From: Felis catus
Lineage: Eukaryota
NCBI RefSeq assembly: GCF_018350175.1
Contig: NC_058368.1
Coordinates: 150,352,001 to 150,416,000, forward strand
Reading direction: 5' to 3'
Length of the DNA stretch: 64,000 nt
Position numbers and translations under genes: made by a program. The notes beneath the pieces were generated by a model. It made no database searches. It was not told where the DNA came from and saw nothing but the letters and a program-made list of their open reading frames with translations. Every line of letters begins with the position of its first letter. Within the stretch, counting starts at the first letter, position 1. Positions 11,125-22,720 of the stretch are shown here, one piece after another.

Positions 11125-13733
11125 AAAAATAGTTACCATATAATGGTAAACACACATTCACTTCTAAGATTTAACAATCCTGAATTTGCATGTGCTTAAC
11201 GTAGCATCAAAACATAGTCAACAATGTCAACAGAACAACAAGGAGAAACTGGCAAATTTATAATAGCAACAGGAGAATTAAGGAAACTTTCTCAGAAACT
11301 AAGAGATCAAGAAACAAAAATTAGTAGAAGGAAAACAATTATAGTTCCAAGAGATGAAGTACAGAGTTCAGGGCCCCACTTCTAGGTAGCAGTGATCCAG
11401 TTAGTAAACCAGAAACAGAGTAACAATTCTTCTTGAGTAATTTCTTTTATTTAAAAAATGATTTCACAAATAACATTCATTTTTTTAACCACTCTACAAC
11501 TGAGTTTCCTCAATACCACTAAGTAAACATGTTCTAAGAAATTAAAGAATCTGTACTGAGGGAACAAGAGAGTTTTCTTCATGTTTGTTGGCAGAAAGGA
11601 GATGAAAATTGGAAAAGTAGGTGATAATAAAGGGTAATATGTACTCTTGTTCCAGAGTCATCTCCATCGACAAGCTAGGCTCACAAACACTGACGAAAGA
11701 CAATTTTAATCTAAACATCCAGACAACAGTTTTTACATGAGCAACATACGAGGGAAACCCTTCCTTTGCTTGATTAGTTAGAAAGTTCTTTGATAACCTT
11801 GACCATGAGGTTTTTGTTACATGGGATGGACTCTGGGTCTTTCAGGTGCAATGAAGTTATCACAGGTAATGAAAGGAATGACACACAACCTCCTCTTGAG
11901 GAGCCTGGACAACAATCATTCCAGATTTATATCAGCTCTAGGGATCATGGCAGCCAGATCCTATGGAATTTTACCTCAGTGCGGACCATTACATAACATA
12001 GTTCTATCTGAGTGTTTGGTTGCTTTCCTGTGTTCACCTCTCCCTTTCTCACCCTCTGGATTTACCCTGCATCGCTTCTCCATCTCACAGCTTCTCCTTC
12101 ATTATAACTCTAGACCATATATCATGGTGACTATGATTAGCTCCCAACTGTGTGATACTCTCCATATTTCCTAAGTATCTATAAAAGTGAGCATCAGATC
12201 AGTCTAGGCATTTTCTTTTTCAGAATATTTTTTCACCCCAGGCTACCTCATAGGCAGTTGTTGGGCCTGTTGATGATTATACTGAGGTCAGGCACCCATT
12301 GTCAGTTGTGGCCAAGAAAGACATAGTCTAGAACTAAAACATGTCTAAAACATGCCCAGTTCATATGGGTTGTTCCTTTTTTCTGTGAAGAAACTATGGG
12401 TTTAGCATGAATGTGACTTTCAATTAAACATTTTAGATATACAAGTTTATCTGAACTCCTAAATATAATAGAAGACTAACATTTTACATTCAGAAATCTT
12501 TCTCACGTTACTACTACTGTCATGAATTCTTCTTTTTTTCCATAGTTGTTTCTCAGGCAATAATATGCATTGCCATATTATCTTTATACAAGACTATTAG
12601 AAGTAGACTGCAGCCTACAATGAAAATGAAGATTCCCAAATTTCAAGGTAGATACAGAGTGATTCGAAAGTTCTGCTATGTTGCTATTTCCATTAAACTC
12701 ACAGAACCAAACAAAATAATCAAAATTACCAAGTTGTAATATTTTCCATATATCTAGAGTTTGAAAGAATAATTCAGATTGATGTTTTGAACTAATTTTA
12801 CTCAGAACCCAGAAATTTTAAATGCAAGTTTATAGGAGTAAAAGTTGAGATGAAATTTGAATGCGTAACGGGAAGAAAAACCAACAGCATAATAATTCCT
12901 GCCAAAAGACCACATTGGATGTTTCTTTTCATGTTAGAGTCCCTAGAGGGCAACAGATACACAGAAAATGGGTTTGAGTGAATGACACAATGTGTCACCA
13001 ACTTGAAGCAGACTCCACAATGGTGATGCTATGGATGAGTCATGAGTTCAAAAGACTCCCAACGTTCTAGGAACATTTCCCAAAGTTTACTTGACAGCAT
13101 TTTGTGAGAACATAAACACATGAATTTTTTAAAAATTCTAAACTAGCATAAAGTCAACCAAAACGGTAACCAGCTGTGTATCTTTGAGAATTCTACATAG
13201 GTACGTACATTCTGCAAAACTCCCTCAAACCTGCCACTGATAACTAGAAGGAATAAGGCTTCTGTTTCATACACTGTCTTCTGGATTTTCTGTTTCTGTT
13301 TTACCAAGCCCATTCTTCAAAGAATAGTTCCTTCATTAAACAAAGAAGGCCCTTGCCTGGTGCAGCACAGCTGAACTGTCAGACTCTGACAGATTGAAAA
13401 GCTACAAATCTGCAATGAACCAACAATAGGGCTCCATGACCTTTAGCACCTCCCTGAGTTGTCTGACCCCATTCTTTTGTCTGCTCACTTTTCGTTTTGG
13501 ATATGTTACCTACAGCTTTTTCAAAGATCCATTATCATCTTAACATGTTTCTGCAGAAGTTAATTTCTCAATTTCGGGTCCTTTCAGTAACAGTTAAATT
13601 GACTTTTTTAACTTACTATTTCACCCTTATGAAGACATACACATATATATACACACTTAAAGTATATTATTTGATATCTGAGAATTTGTCTCCAATGGAT
13701 AGTCTCAATTCCTCCTTACTGAAATAGAAAAAA

Positions 13734-13738
<5 letters not shown>

Positions 13739-13785
<47 letters not shown>
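13739..13785. repeat. (TA)23 microsatellite
   Basis: Perfect TA run. Confidence 0.97.
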
Positions 13786-13787
<2 letters not shown>

Positions 13788-15294
13788 CAGAGTGGCAGGC
13801 TCACTAAAAATTTTTAGTTTGCATAGTACATAGCAACAAGTGACCTGTTAAATGATGACAAATCCTTTAGATTATGGCTTTAGACCTTTAACCTTTTGAC
13901 TTTAGGTTGTATCCAGGGAGCAGTCTGAGAGGAAGAATGCAATAAACTGCTTGTAATCTAGTGGTCTCAAAAGAAATTACATCAAAACCAGCTGTTACAC
14001 CACTAGTCATTAAAGACTGACAACATGTTAACTAAAATACGGCCATTACATTGAAAGAGACTCTTCTCCCCTCCCTGCTGCTGAACTGCTAAAGGTCTCC
14101 TGACTCACTTAACAGCATCAGAAAATGTGGATGCAACAAAGCAAATTCAACACTTACACTGAAACTTGCAAGAAGTAAGTTGCATTTGATTGAGATGTGA
14201 CCTCTTTCTTTTAAATGTGTTTGAGGGGCCTCACCAATTTTGAACAGTGTGGTCTCACAGACTGCTGGCAGATACTTGGGACGTTACATGCCTTGACAGC
14301 TAGCATAACTTTTCTTTGGATTGTTTAAGAAAAAGTGTGTTTGTGTAAGACTGCACCTGTCTTTCTCCCCTCTTCTTTTGATGTGAAGAAAGTTGGTGCA
14401 GGGATTTTAATCATAAAGTACAATTCCCCAGGTACCATTTTCCAGCTTCCTTCCACTTGAAACATTGAAGGACTTTGAGTTGGAAGTCATACTGGTCTAT
14501 GGCTGACATCCAATGGCATGTCAAAGCCGTAGCATAAAAGCTTGAAATGTAGTGCACATCTTCCTGGGGACTGTCATCCAGCCACGCCAGCATTTAAAAC
14601 CCGGCAAACAGTATCAGTAGGCTTCAGAGATGAAAGTCAAAATCAGTGTGGGAAGCACACAGCAGTGGTTGAAAAACATGGACTGGAAAACATGTTGCTA
14701 AGTGCCTGTTACAAACACAACCTGTACAAAAGAGAGAGTGCCAAGGGCATCCAAAGAAGAGAAGATGCCTTTCCCCGCCTGGGAAACCAAGCATCTGAGC
14801 AAGAGTAAAAAGCCAGTGACACAGAGTACAAATTCAGTAAGTGGCACCATTTTGTGGGCATCTTTATGACCTTGTTCTCTCTCATGCAGGGTTCAGTGAG
14901 TAATCCTTTTATTAGAAAAGGCTCCTTGTTGAAATGTACTCAATAATTTCAAGCTCTTTCTGCATTCTTGTTCTGAATTCTATAGCAATTTCAACTTGGA
15001 TTTCTTTTAGTAAAAAAAATATTTGTTTTGTACAAATAAAAAAAATAAATATGTGATCTTATAGAGCTAACAAACTATTTTTTAATCCACAGATTAAGGG
15101 CCAAGTCTTTACCCATTGAGAGAATCTGGGAGTTTTCCTTTTACTTAGCCATGTAGAATAAAAATCCAGCATGCTTCTGTTTGTTCATCCATGGGTCATG
15201 TAAGTGCCACCCAGCCCCTACCTCAGCACCAGGCCTTGTCCAATCAAACACAAGGCCAGGATCTAAACTCTTGCTTGTTGCTTTTAAATATTAT

Positions 15295-15540
15295 AGAACT
15301 GAACAAAGGGTAGTGGAGTCAGGAGACCCACATATGAATCCTGGTTCAACTTCTTGCTCTGAGCTCTTGGCGTAACTTCTCCAGGCCTCAGTTTTCACAT
15401 CTGGAAAATGGAGTTTGATACAGCCAATGCTCTCAGATTTCACCAAATGGGTTTTTTGAGAGAAAATCCAATAAAATAATATGCATAAAAGGGTTCTACA
15501 TAAGGAGCTATACATATAAAAATGAATACTTTTATTATTT
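15295..15540 (+). mobile_element. MIR
   Basis: TGGAGTCAGGAGACCCAC..ATGAATCCTGGTTC...GCCTCAGTTTTCACATCTGGAAAATGG. Confidence 0.8.
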
Positions 15541-16083
15541 CTACTGTCACCTAATTCTCCAATAGTGTGAAGGGTGCCCATGCTTCCTGGGACCGTCTGC
15601 CTTTACTGTGTACAAAATCAATCCCACACAAACTCTTCAAATGCTGGCATCTCTGATGCTGATCCCTCCAAGGGACACAAATAAATTCACTAGTGAGTAA
15701 GATGTCACTGATGCCCATATGCCTGGTTGTCCTAATAGCTATAATAATAATACACTTAGCACTGTAAAGTTTACAAAATTCATTGTCTCACCCATAGTAA
15801 GTAGGGAAAAAGCAAAGTAAAATTCACTGCGATTCTAATTTTGCCTCCTATTGTTAATACACACACATATTCTAAAAGGGGTTTAATAACTGATATATAC
15901 ATACTTTAAGGCTGTTTTATACTCTTTTGCCTTGTTAAGGAAAATCAATTTTCCATATACTGACTCTACTTATGTCTTCTCTTTCCAGTGAAAATTCTCA
16001 TTCTGACACGCTTCCTTTCATTTATATGTTTAGGAAGATTCCATATTGCATGTTACATGTGAATAAAAATAGTATAACTTTTT

Positions 16084-16540
16084 TGTAATACTCTGCCCAA
16101 TTTACAGGGACTCCTGATTTATTTTAAAACAACTTTCTAAATTCACAAAAATGAACCTGAAGCCAGTCATGCTTATATTCCATGACCATGGTTGATTGGG
16201 TCAGGGGTGGACACCTGACCTGGGTTCAACCAATCAGAACCTCTTACCCCAATTATGGAATTAGGATTTAGAGATTATTAGATTATGCCTACATGTTGCA
16301 AAAATCATAAGCTATAAATTCCAAGACTGTGAAAAACATGTTTGTTGAAGTAGGAAGAGCTGGACAGACACTTAAAAAGACACCAAAATGAGAGGCTCCT
16401 AACAGTTTCTGGATCACTTCATGATGTATGAGTGTGATGTAGCTCTTTGGTTTTGCAAGACATTCCTATATCGTTACAATAAATTGCATTTTTTTGTTAG
16501 TGTTAACCTATATCAAACCGATTTACATTTTGTGCAAATT
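16084..16540 (+). mobile_element. ERVL-class solo LTR (LTR33/LTR16-like)
   Basis: TGATTGGGTCAGGGGTGGACACCTGACCTGGGTTCAACCAATCAGA is the hallmark motif; AATAAA lies near 16480. Confidence 0.65.
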
Positions 16541-16759
16541 TCTAAAAAAAAAAATTGAGATTGTGTGCTCACTAAGCTGTTTAAGATATCTTAACAGCCT
16601 GAGGAAGGTGAGGAAAATTGAATGTACAAGTGGAGAAGACATCAATATGAAACTTTTATACATTTATCCTAAGAACTAAAATACAAATGAAAATTTCCTG
16701 CAAGATTTGGTGATATTAAATCCATTATATTAGAGGTTCATTATATTTGTGGGTCAGAT

Positions 16760-18100
16760 CCTTGTTTCGTTGAAGAGTTAAATTTTGTCACCCTGTTGCC
16801 AGATTTTTCTCTTAGAGTTGACAAAAAAATTATCCATCCATCCATCCATCCATCCATCCATCTATCTAACACCATGATGTTTGGATAATAAAAAGATTTT
16901 TTCACAGGGACAAGGAACAATGACACTCAAAAAGTAATGAGCACATGTAGTCTCTCTAACACCAGAACTCCTCAAAGAAGTAGCTTATTCCAGGGCCAGG
17001 GCCAAAAACATACAAGATGAGCATGGGCTATTTTGTTATGCCAGAAAATGTCAAGAAAATGATGGGTCATAGCACAAGAATAAAGAGTCTATTTAAAGGA
17101 ACCATCCCCTTCCCCGTCCAGATCTGGGCTAATTTATTGACTAAAATAATGAAGAACAATATTGAATTGTAAAGGTATTGAAAAAATAGGAATCCAGGAG
17201 TCCATATCAATAATTTAATAATAAATAGGTAGATAAAAAGGAAGGGCTCTTGCTTAAGGTTGAATGCCAATAAATGTGGAAGGAATGCTGAAGTTGGAAA
17301 ATCAGCATTTTGCAACCACTATAGAAAAGATTGGGTCAGACAAAAATTATCAATAGATGCTAAATTTTGAATTTTGACAAGGAGCACGATATTTGCATGG
17401 TCTTAAATCATGTCTACATAGACTGCTCATTAATGGTAAAGAAGAAAAAATAGCAATTATAGAGTGGAGAAATCAATAACACTTTGATCACATGAACAAA
17501 AACACTATCACTGATGAGGAATAAATGAGCATCATACATCCCTATGTGATACCCTCGGAAGGACACATTACCTATGTAGTGCTTGGCCAAGAATAAATAA
17601 CCTGAATTTGAAGTTTCATGAAGAAACAATCAGACAAGCCCAAATTGAGACATGCTCTATTTCAAAAAGAAGGGAAATATCAGTGTCATTAACGGGAGAG
17701 AAAGGCTGTGGAAATGTTACAGATTAGAGGAGGCTAAAGAGACATGATAATTAAATGCATTATCTGACCTACATCCTATACTGGAGGGAAACATGTTATA
17801 AAGGATCAACTTTAAAAATTAGAAAATGGACGATAATTCAAGTGCTGTATCCATATTAAATTTACTGAAGTTTGTCATTGCACCATGGATATGTTAGAGA
17901 ATATTCCCATTAGGAAATGCACACTGAAGTATTTAGGGATGAAGAGCCATGTGACAGAGAGAATGAGAAAATGATAAAACAAATGGGTCAAATGTTCACA
18001 TAGGTGAATTCAGGCAAAAATTTTATGAAAATCCTTTGAATTAATTCTATTCTTGCTTTTTTTCCTATAACTTTGAATTATTTCCAAATAAAAAGTGTCA
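16760..18100 (+). mobile_element. L1MC4-like 3' UTR fragment
   Basis: GTAATGAGCACATGTAG...TTCCAGGGCCAGGGCCAAAAACATACAAGATGAGC...ACAGTGGAGAAA-like and AATCAGACAAGCCCAAATTGAG blocks, ending TTATTTCCAAATAAAAAGT. Confidence 0.8.
16832..16861. repeat. (TCCA)n tetranucleotide microsatellite
   Basis: About 7 units visible. Confidence 0.9.
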
Positions 18101-18528
18101 TTTTTTAAAAAGATCCTTTTATAGACCAGAATGAGACTATGGAAAATGCCTAATCCATAGAACTCAAACTATTCTAATAGGTGTTTTGAAACTTATTTTA
18201 ATAGGTGTTTTGAAAAATATAAGTATTTCATGTATAAACACAGTTTAAAATGTTAGGTTAAAAAAAATAAAGAGTTCTTTACTGAAGGGCTTCTCTGAGC
18301 CTTCCTTAAGTTATGGTTGGAGGCTATGAACCTCCAGAAAAGGGCTTTAGCTTGAAGTGCTTACAGAATAGATTTGAGTATTGAACATTTTTGTCAATAT
18401 CCATTTATTACCTTTTATCTTCTTGTCGAGTCTCCGAACTTTATAGATAAAGAAGTAGACCTTATGAATGATAAATGATTCTAGTTTTGCCCAAGGGGAT
18501 GTAGCTTGTAAGTAAGAATGAAAGCATG

Positions 18529-18743
18529 TAACACCTCCAGAGTACTTACTATGTGTCAGTGCTTTAACTGTATTTTTCTTCATCTTGACCCCACAAGTAG
18601 AAGTTACTATCACCTGCATTTAATAGACAGCTCAGAGAGGTCATATGACTTGCCCAAGGGCACACATCTAACAAGTCAGGAGAGAGGCTTGAACGCAGGC
18701 TGCCTGCCTCTGAAGCCAGGAGCTTGATCTCCATGCTATCCTG
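18529..18743 (-). mobile_element. MIR
   Basis: GAGTACTTACTATGTGTCAG...GCTCAGAGAGGTCATATGACTTGCCCAAGGGCACACATCTAACAAGT. Confidence 0.85.
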
Positions 18744-18847
18744 TCAGATCAAGTTAGGGCCAAAACCTGGAGCTCTTTACTCCCAAACCAGACATCCCCC
18801 TCTGTGGGAATCACTAAACAAACTGGCCTAATTTATTTTCTATTTAA

Positions 18848-19061
18848 TTTTTTTTTTTTTAGTTTATTTATTTTGAAAGAGAGAGAGCCCACTAATGGGG
18901 GGGGGCGGTTTCAGAGAGAGAGAGGGAGAGAGAGGATCCCAAGCAGGCTCCATGCTCAGCACAGAACTCAGTGCTGGGCTCCAACCCACAGACTGTGAGA
19001 TCACGACCTAAGCCGAAGTCAAGAGTTAAAAACCTAACTGACTGAGCCACCCAGGAGTCCC
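18848..19061 (-). mobile_element. CanSINE
   Basis: T tail, (GA)n, ending CTGAGCCACCCAGGAGTCCC; perfect 14-bp TSD TATTTTCTATTTAA (18834-18847 / 19062-19075). Confidence 0.95.
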
Positions 19062-20360
19062 TATTTTCTATTTAAATTTTAAGAGTCAGTTAAAGAGTTG
19101 AACAACTATTGAGAGTTTCTAATTATTGTGTTCTTCTGTTTATAGATCCTTTATTTTTGTTTTAAAATGAAAAATAAACTCCCTGTATTTCCTAGTATTC
19201 ACGTATATAACAATTATCTCATTGAATATTAAAACACAATGTACATTAAATACTTTTAATTGCTGCACTGGTTGTGTATTGTTTCAAACTTCTAATATAT
19301 GGTATTGGCCTTCCACTGCTAGTGACTACAAAATATTGTGATTATTAGGTTGCTTTTACATTGCACTTTGTATTGCCCAGTGTTATGCAGTCAGTTCTAT
19401 CACATGTTCTTCCCACACCCTCTTCACACGGGACAGCAGTTTGCGAAATCCTCTGAATAGACCACAGATAAAAATTATTTCAAAATGTCAGGTGTAAGTC
19501 TTGTGGAATTTTGAGTTCCAGGATCACTCCTCCAGGTGGTACAATTAGCTATCCCATCAAGGACCTGGTCTGAGAAGCATGGACAGTGACATCACCATCA
19601 ATTCAAAGATGTTGATAGACCTAGAGAAGAAAGCTGCTGAATCATGTCTATGTGCAGAGAGAAATTGTGTCTAAAAGCATTTTTACTACGATTAGTTTCT
19701 GAAGTTAGTTGCACATCCGCTTAATTTTCTTTCCACTTGTAATTTTCAAGTATCTTCACTATAGGCCAGCCTTCTAATTCCCACTTCAGTGGAAGTTCTG
19801 AGCAGGTCCTTATGTGATATGTGTTGCAATAACATTGTATGAGAAGAAGAACAAGGATCTGTGATTTAATAATGAAGAATTAGGGTACAGACAGTAGTGC
19901 TTGTCTTAGTGACCACTGATGTAGAAATCGACAGCTTTCAGGCTACAGTCTCCTCTGCCCGACTTGGCTGATAACTGCTCCAACTAAATGACAGCTTGCC
20001 AGCATGCAAAGCCACTAGACATGCACAGCTAAATGATTGCCTACAAGAACAATGCTCTAGATCTCAGTTCCTGTTTATTTTACCAGCATAAGTTTATCAA
20101 TCAAAATCCACCAGGACTAGAGCCAGTGGAAAAGCCAGGTAAACTGATGAATTCATAGATCAGCTGTCCATAAAGAACAAAATAAAGTGGAGACACTCCC
20201 ATAAAGACTAAATTATCAAACCCTGACATGATTGCTTAAAATTACAACTGTGTCCAGTAATTAGACCAGCTTGTAAAAGGCGATCAGAACCAACATCTAA
20301 TCCTGGGATACATTTTGTATGTCTCTCTCCAACCTTCATGTCCAGTGTCATTTTCAACTA

Positions 20361-20813
20361 CAGTAGTTCCCCACCACCACCCCCTGCTAATCTGCAGTTT
20401 CACTTTCTGTAGTTTCAGTTACCCTTGCTCAAGTGCAGTCAGGAAACATAAGACCCTCCTCTGACAAACCATCAGAAGGTCAGTGGTAGCCTAATGCACG
20501 TCACAATGCCTACGTCATTCACTTCACCTCATCTCATCATGTAGGCATTTTATCATCACACGTCATCAAAAGAAGGGTGAGTAAAGTAAAATATTTTGCG
20601 AGAGATACCATAGCACATAATTTTTATTACAGTATATTGTTGTAATTGTTCTATTTCACTGTTAGTTACTGCTAATCTCTTACTGTACTGAATCTATAAA
20701 TTTAACTCTATTGTCGGTATGTGTATATAAGAAAAAACACAGCATATATAGGGTTTAGTACTCTCATGGTTTCAGGCATCCACTGGGGTCTTGGACCATG
20801 CCTCCCATAGATA
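20361..20813 (+). mobile_element. MER44-type (Tigger7-derived) TcMar MITE
   Basis: TA|CAGTAGT start, GTTTCAGTTACCC, CACAATGCCTACGTCATTCACTTCAC, and GGTTTCAGGCATCCACTGGGGTCTTGGA near the end. Confidence 0.85.
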
Positions 20814-20934
20814 GGTACACTGAGTCTTATAGGTTCTCACTGCTAGGTCTTGGCCAAACCTAATGCTCTCTCCTCCTCCTCCTCCCTCTCACACTACCCA
20901 CCTCCCCATCTTCCTGAAAACTTCCTAACCTTTC

Positions 20935-21080
20935 CAATGATTTGTTTACAAGTATATTTCATGCACTAAACCATAAGCAACTAGAAAGTGGGCACAGACT
21001 ATGTTTTATTCTATCATACAAAGGCCTAATAGTGTACTCATGCATGTAGGCCATTGATAAGCACAAAAATGATCCGCTGA
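20935..21080 (+). mobile_element. L2 3' fragment
   Basis: ATTTGTTTACAAGT...CACTAAACCATAAGCAACTAGAAAG...CATGTAGGCCATTGATAA. Confidence 0.5.
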
Positions 21081-21179
21081 ACTTTGGGGCCTAAGAAGGC
21101 CCATCTAGGAGACTTAACAGTAACTCACTTTTTAAAAGCATGTTAAGATATTTACAAATGACATACATAATTTTATAGC

Positions 21180-21660
21180 ATTTTTTAGTAAAATGATCTA
21201 GAATGATTTAAAATTTTTGAATAGTATAGAAAAGGCCAAGAAAAAAATAACAAACCCTCAGGTTAACCAGTTACCCAGAGATACATCAGACATATACACA
21301 TTTACAGATATTCATAGATATAGGTATACAATTTTACAGAAATGGTATCATTTTTTGCAAGTTCTTGTGTAAACTGATTTTTAAACTCAATTATGTGCCA
21401 GAGATAGTTTTGTATGTCAAGAAATATCATCTAAATCTTATTCCAGCAGCAACAGTGCAGTTCTTAAAGTGGATATAACATACTTTAAAATATTGATGGA
21501 CATTTAGACTATATTCAGTTTTCACTGTTGTAAATATTGGCACAATGAGTTTTGCTAGAAATGTGTATGTTCCAATTATTAGTAAAGCAGAACATCTTTT
21601 CATAGATTTATTGGCCATATGTATTTTCTCTTTTATAGGTTACTATTACAGCCTATTGTT
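21180..21660 (-). mobile_element. old L1 (L1ME-like) 3' fragments
   Basis: TATTGATGGACATTTAGACT..TCAGTTTTCACTGTTGTAAATA and ATTATTAGTAAAGCAGAACATCTTTTCATAGATTTATTGGCCAT; the reverse ORF reads MANKSMKRCSALLII, like the ORF2 C-terminus. Confidence 0.7.
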
Positions 21661-22149
21661 CCAGTGTTCTGACAAGCATTTCACAAATGATTGTCAATGC
21701 TTTTAACATAACAAAGTCACTAATGTTGGAACTTCAGGTATGGAGTCAAGGAAAGGAGGAAGACTTTTTTTGATGAATCTGCCTTTAAGGGTCCATCAGA
21801 TCATAGACATTTATGGGCCTTTGCCAGGAATAACAATGACACTGTATAAGATGCCCAAACTGTAGAGATGGGAGCTTTTCCTTAAGTCGTATTTCATTGC
21901 GAGACAAGAACTTCAGAAAATCAGGATATTTGTCTATTAATTTTTTTGCCTTTCCCTCAAAGTACTCTCCCATAATATTCACTTAAAATACTTATGACTA
22001 ATTTACTGACCTCAGGCATTTTATTTATGGTTTACATGTCACCACGCCATCTGTTTTTCCCACAGGAATTTTACATACACACGATAAAATAGAATTTATA
22101 TATTTGAAATTACAGTTTTAAAACTAGTTTATTTTCTGAAGATTTATAT

Positions 22150-22720
22150 GGCCTTTATTTAACTGGGACACCTGACACAATTTATTTACCAAACCACGCT
22201 CTGTCTTCCTGAAATCTTTAATCCTGCAAGGTAAAAATTAGACACTCGCAGGCTAAGATTTAAATATATACCTGTATATCCCTGTTGTGCCACAACTCAC
22301 GGTGGCTTTGTTGATTTCAAAGGTACTAAAATAAATCTGATTATCATGCTATAAACACCATTATTCTAAGCTACTGAAAGACTAGTAGGTGAGAGTCTGG
22401 TTAATGTTGTTTCTAAGCAAAAACGGGAAAGCAAAGTTGCAGAATCGATTTTTGTCAGATACGTGAACACCCGTTCTATAGAATTCAGCTCCTGTTTTGA
22501 CAGCTTATTGAATACTCTCCCAACTTTTCCCGCCTGGTAATGTCTCCCATTAATTAATACCCATTCTCTGTTCACAGTTTTGATAGAACAGCAGTAGTTG
22601 TTAACACAACACTCATAATCACAATTGTTCAGGTATGTTTTTGTCTGTGTCATGTATGAGCCTCAGATAGTAAATCATGCCCAACAAGGTAAGTAAGGTG
22701 GACTTTTTAGGAAAAAAATT
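22150..22720. promoter_or_regulatory. candidate conserved non-coding element
   Basis: Repeat-free, with a cluster of retained CpGs, TGACAG (22498-22503), TTTTCCCGCC (22525-22534), palindromic ATTAATTAAT (22549-22558) and ACAATTGT. Confidence 0.45.

Larger units (their letters stand above)
8800..11335 (+). mobile_element. very old L1 (L1M/L1ME-age) ORF1 and ORF2-endonuclease remnant, interrupted by SINEs, MIRs and a microsatellite
   Basis: A-rich ORF1-like sequence at 8900-9600 (AAGATTATGGCTAAGAATTTC, CTAGAAAACAATGGAGTAATATCTTTAAAG) and endonuclease-like sequence at 10820-11330 (AGACAAAATAGACCTTAAG, TAACAATCCTGAATTTGCATGTGCTTAAC, AGAACAACAAGGAGAAACTGGCAAAT). Confidence 0.7.

Noticed and set aside
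12940..12954. CTCF-like TCCCTAGAGGGCAAC
   Set aside because: Partial match only; it cannot be supported without PWM scoring or ChIP data.
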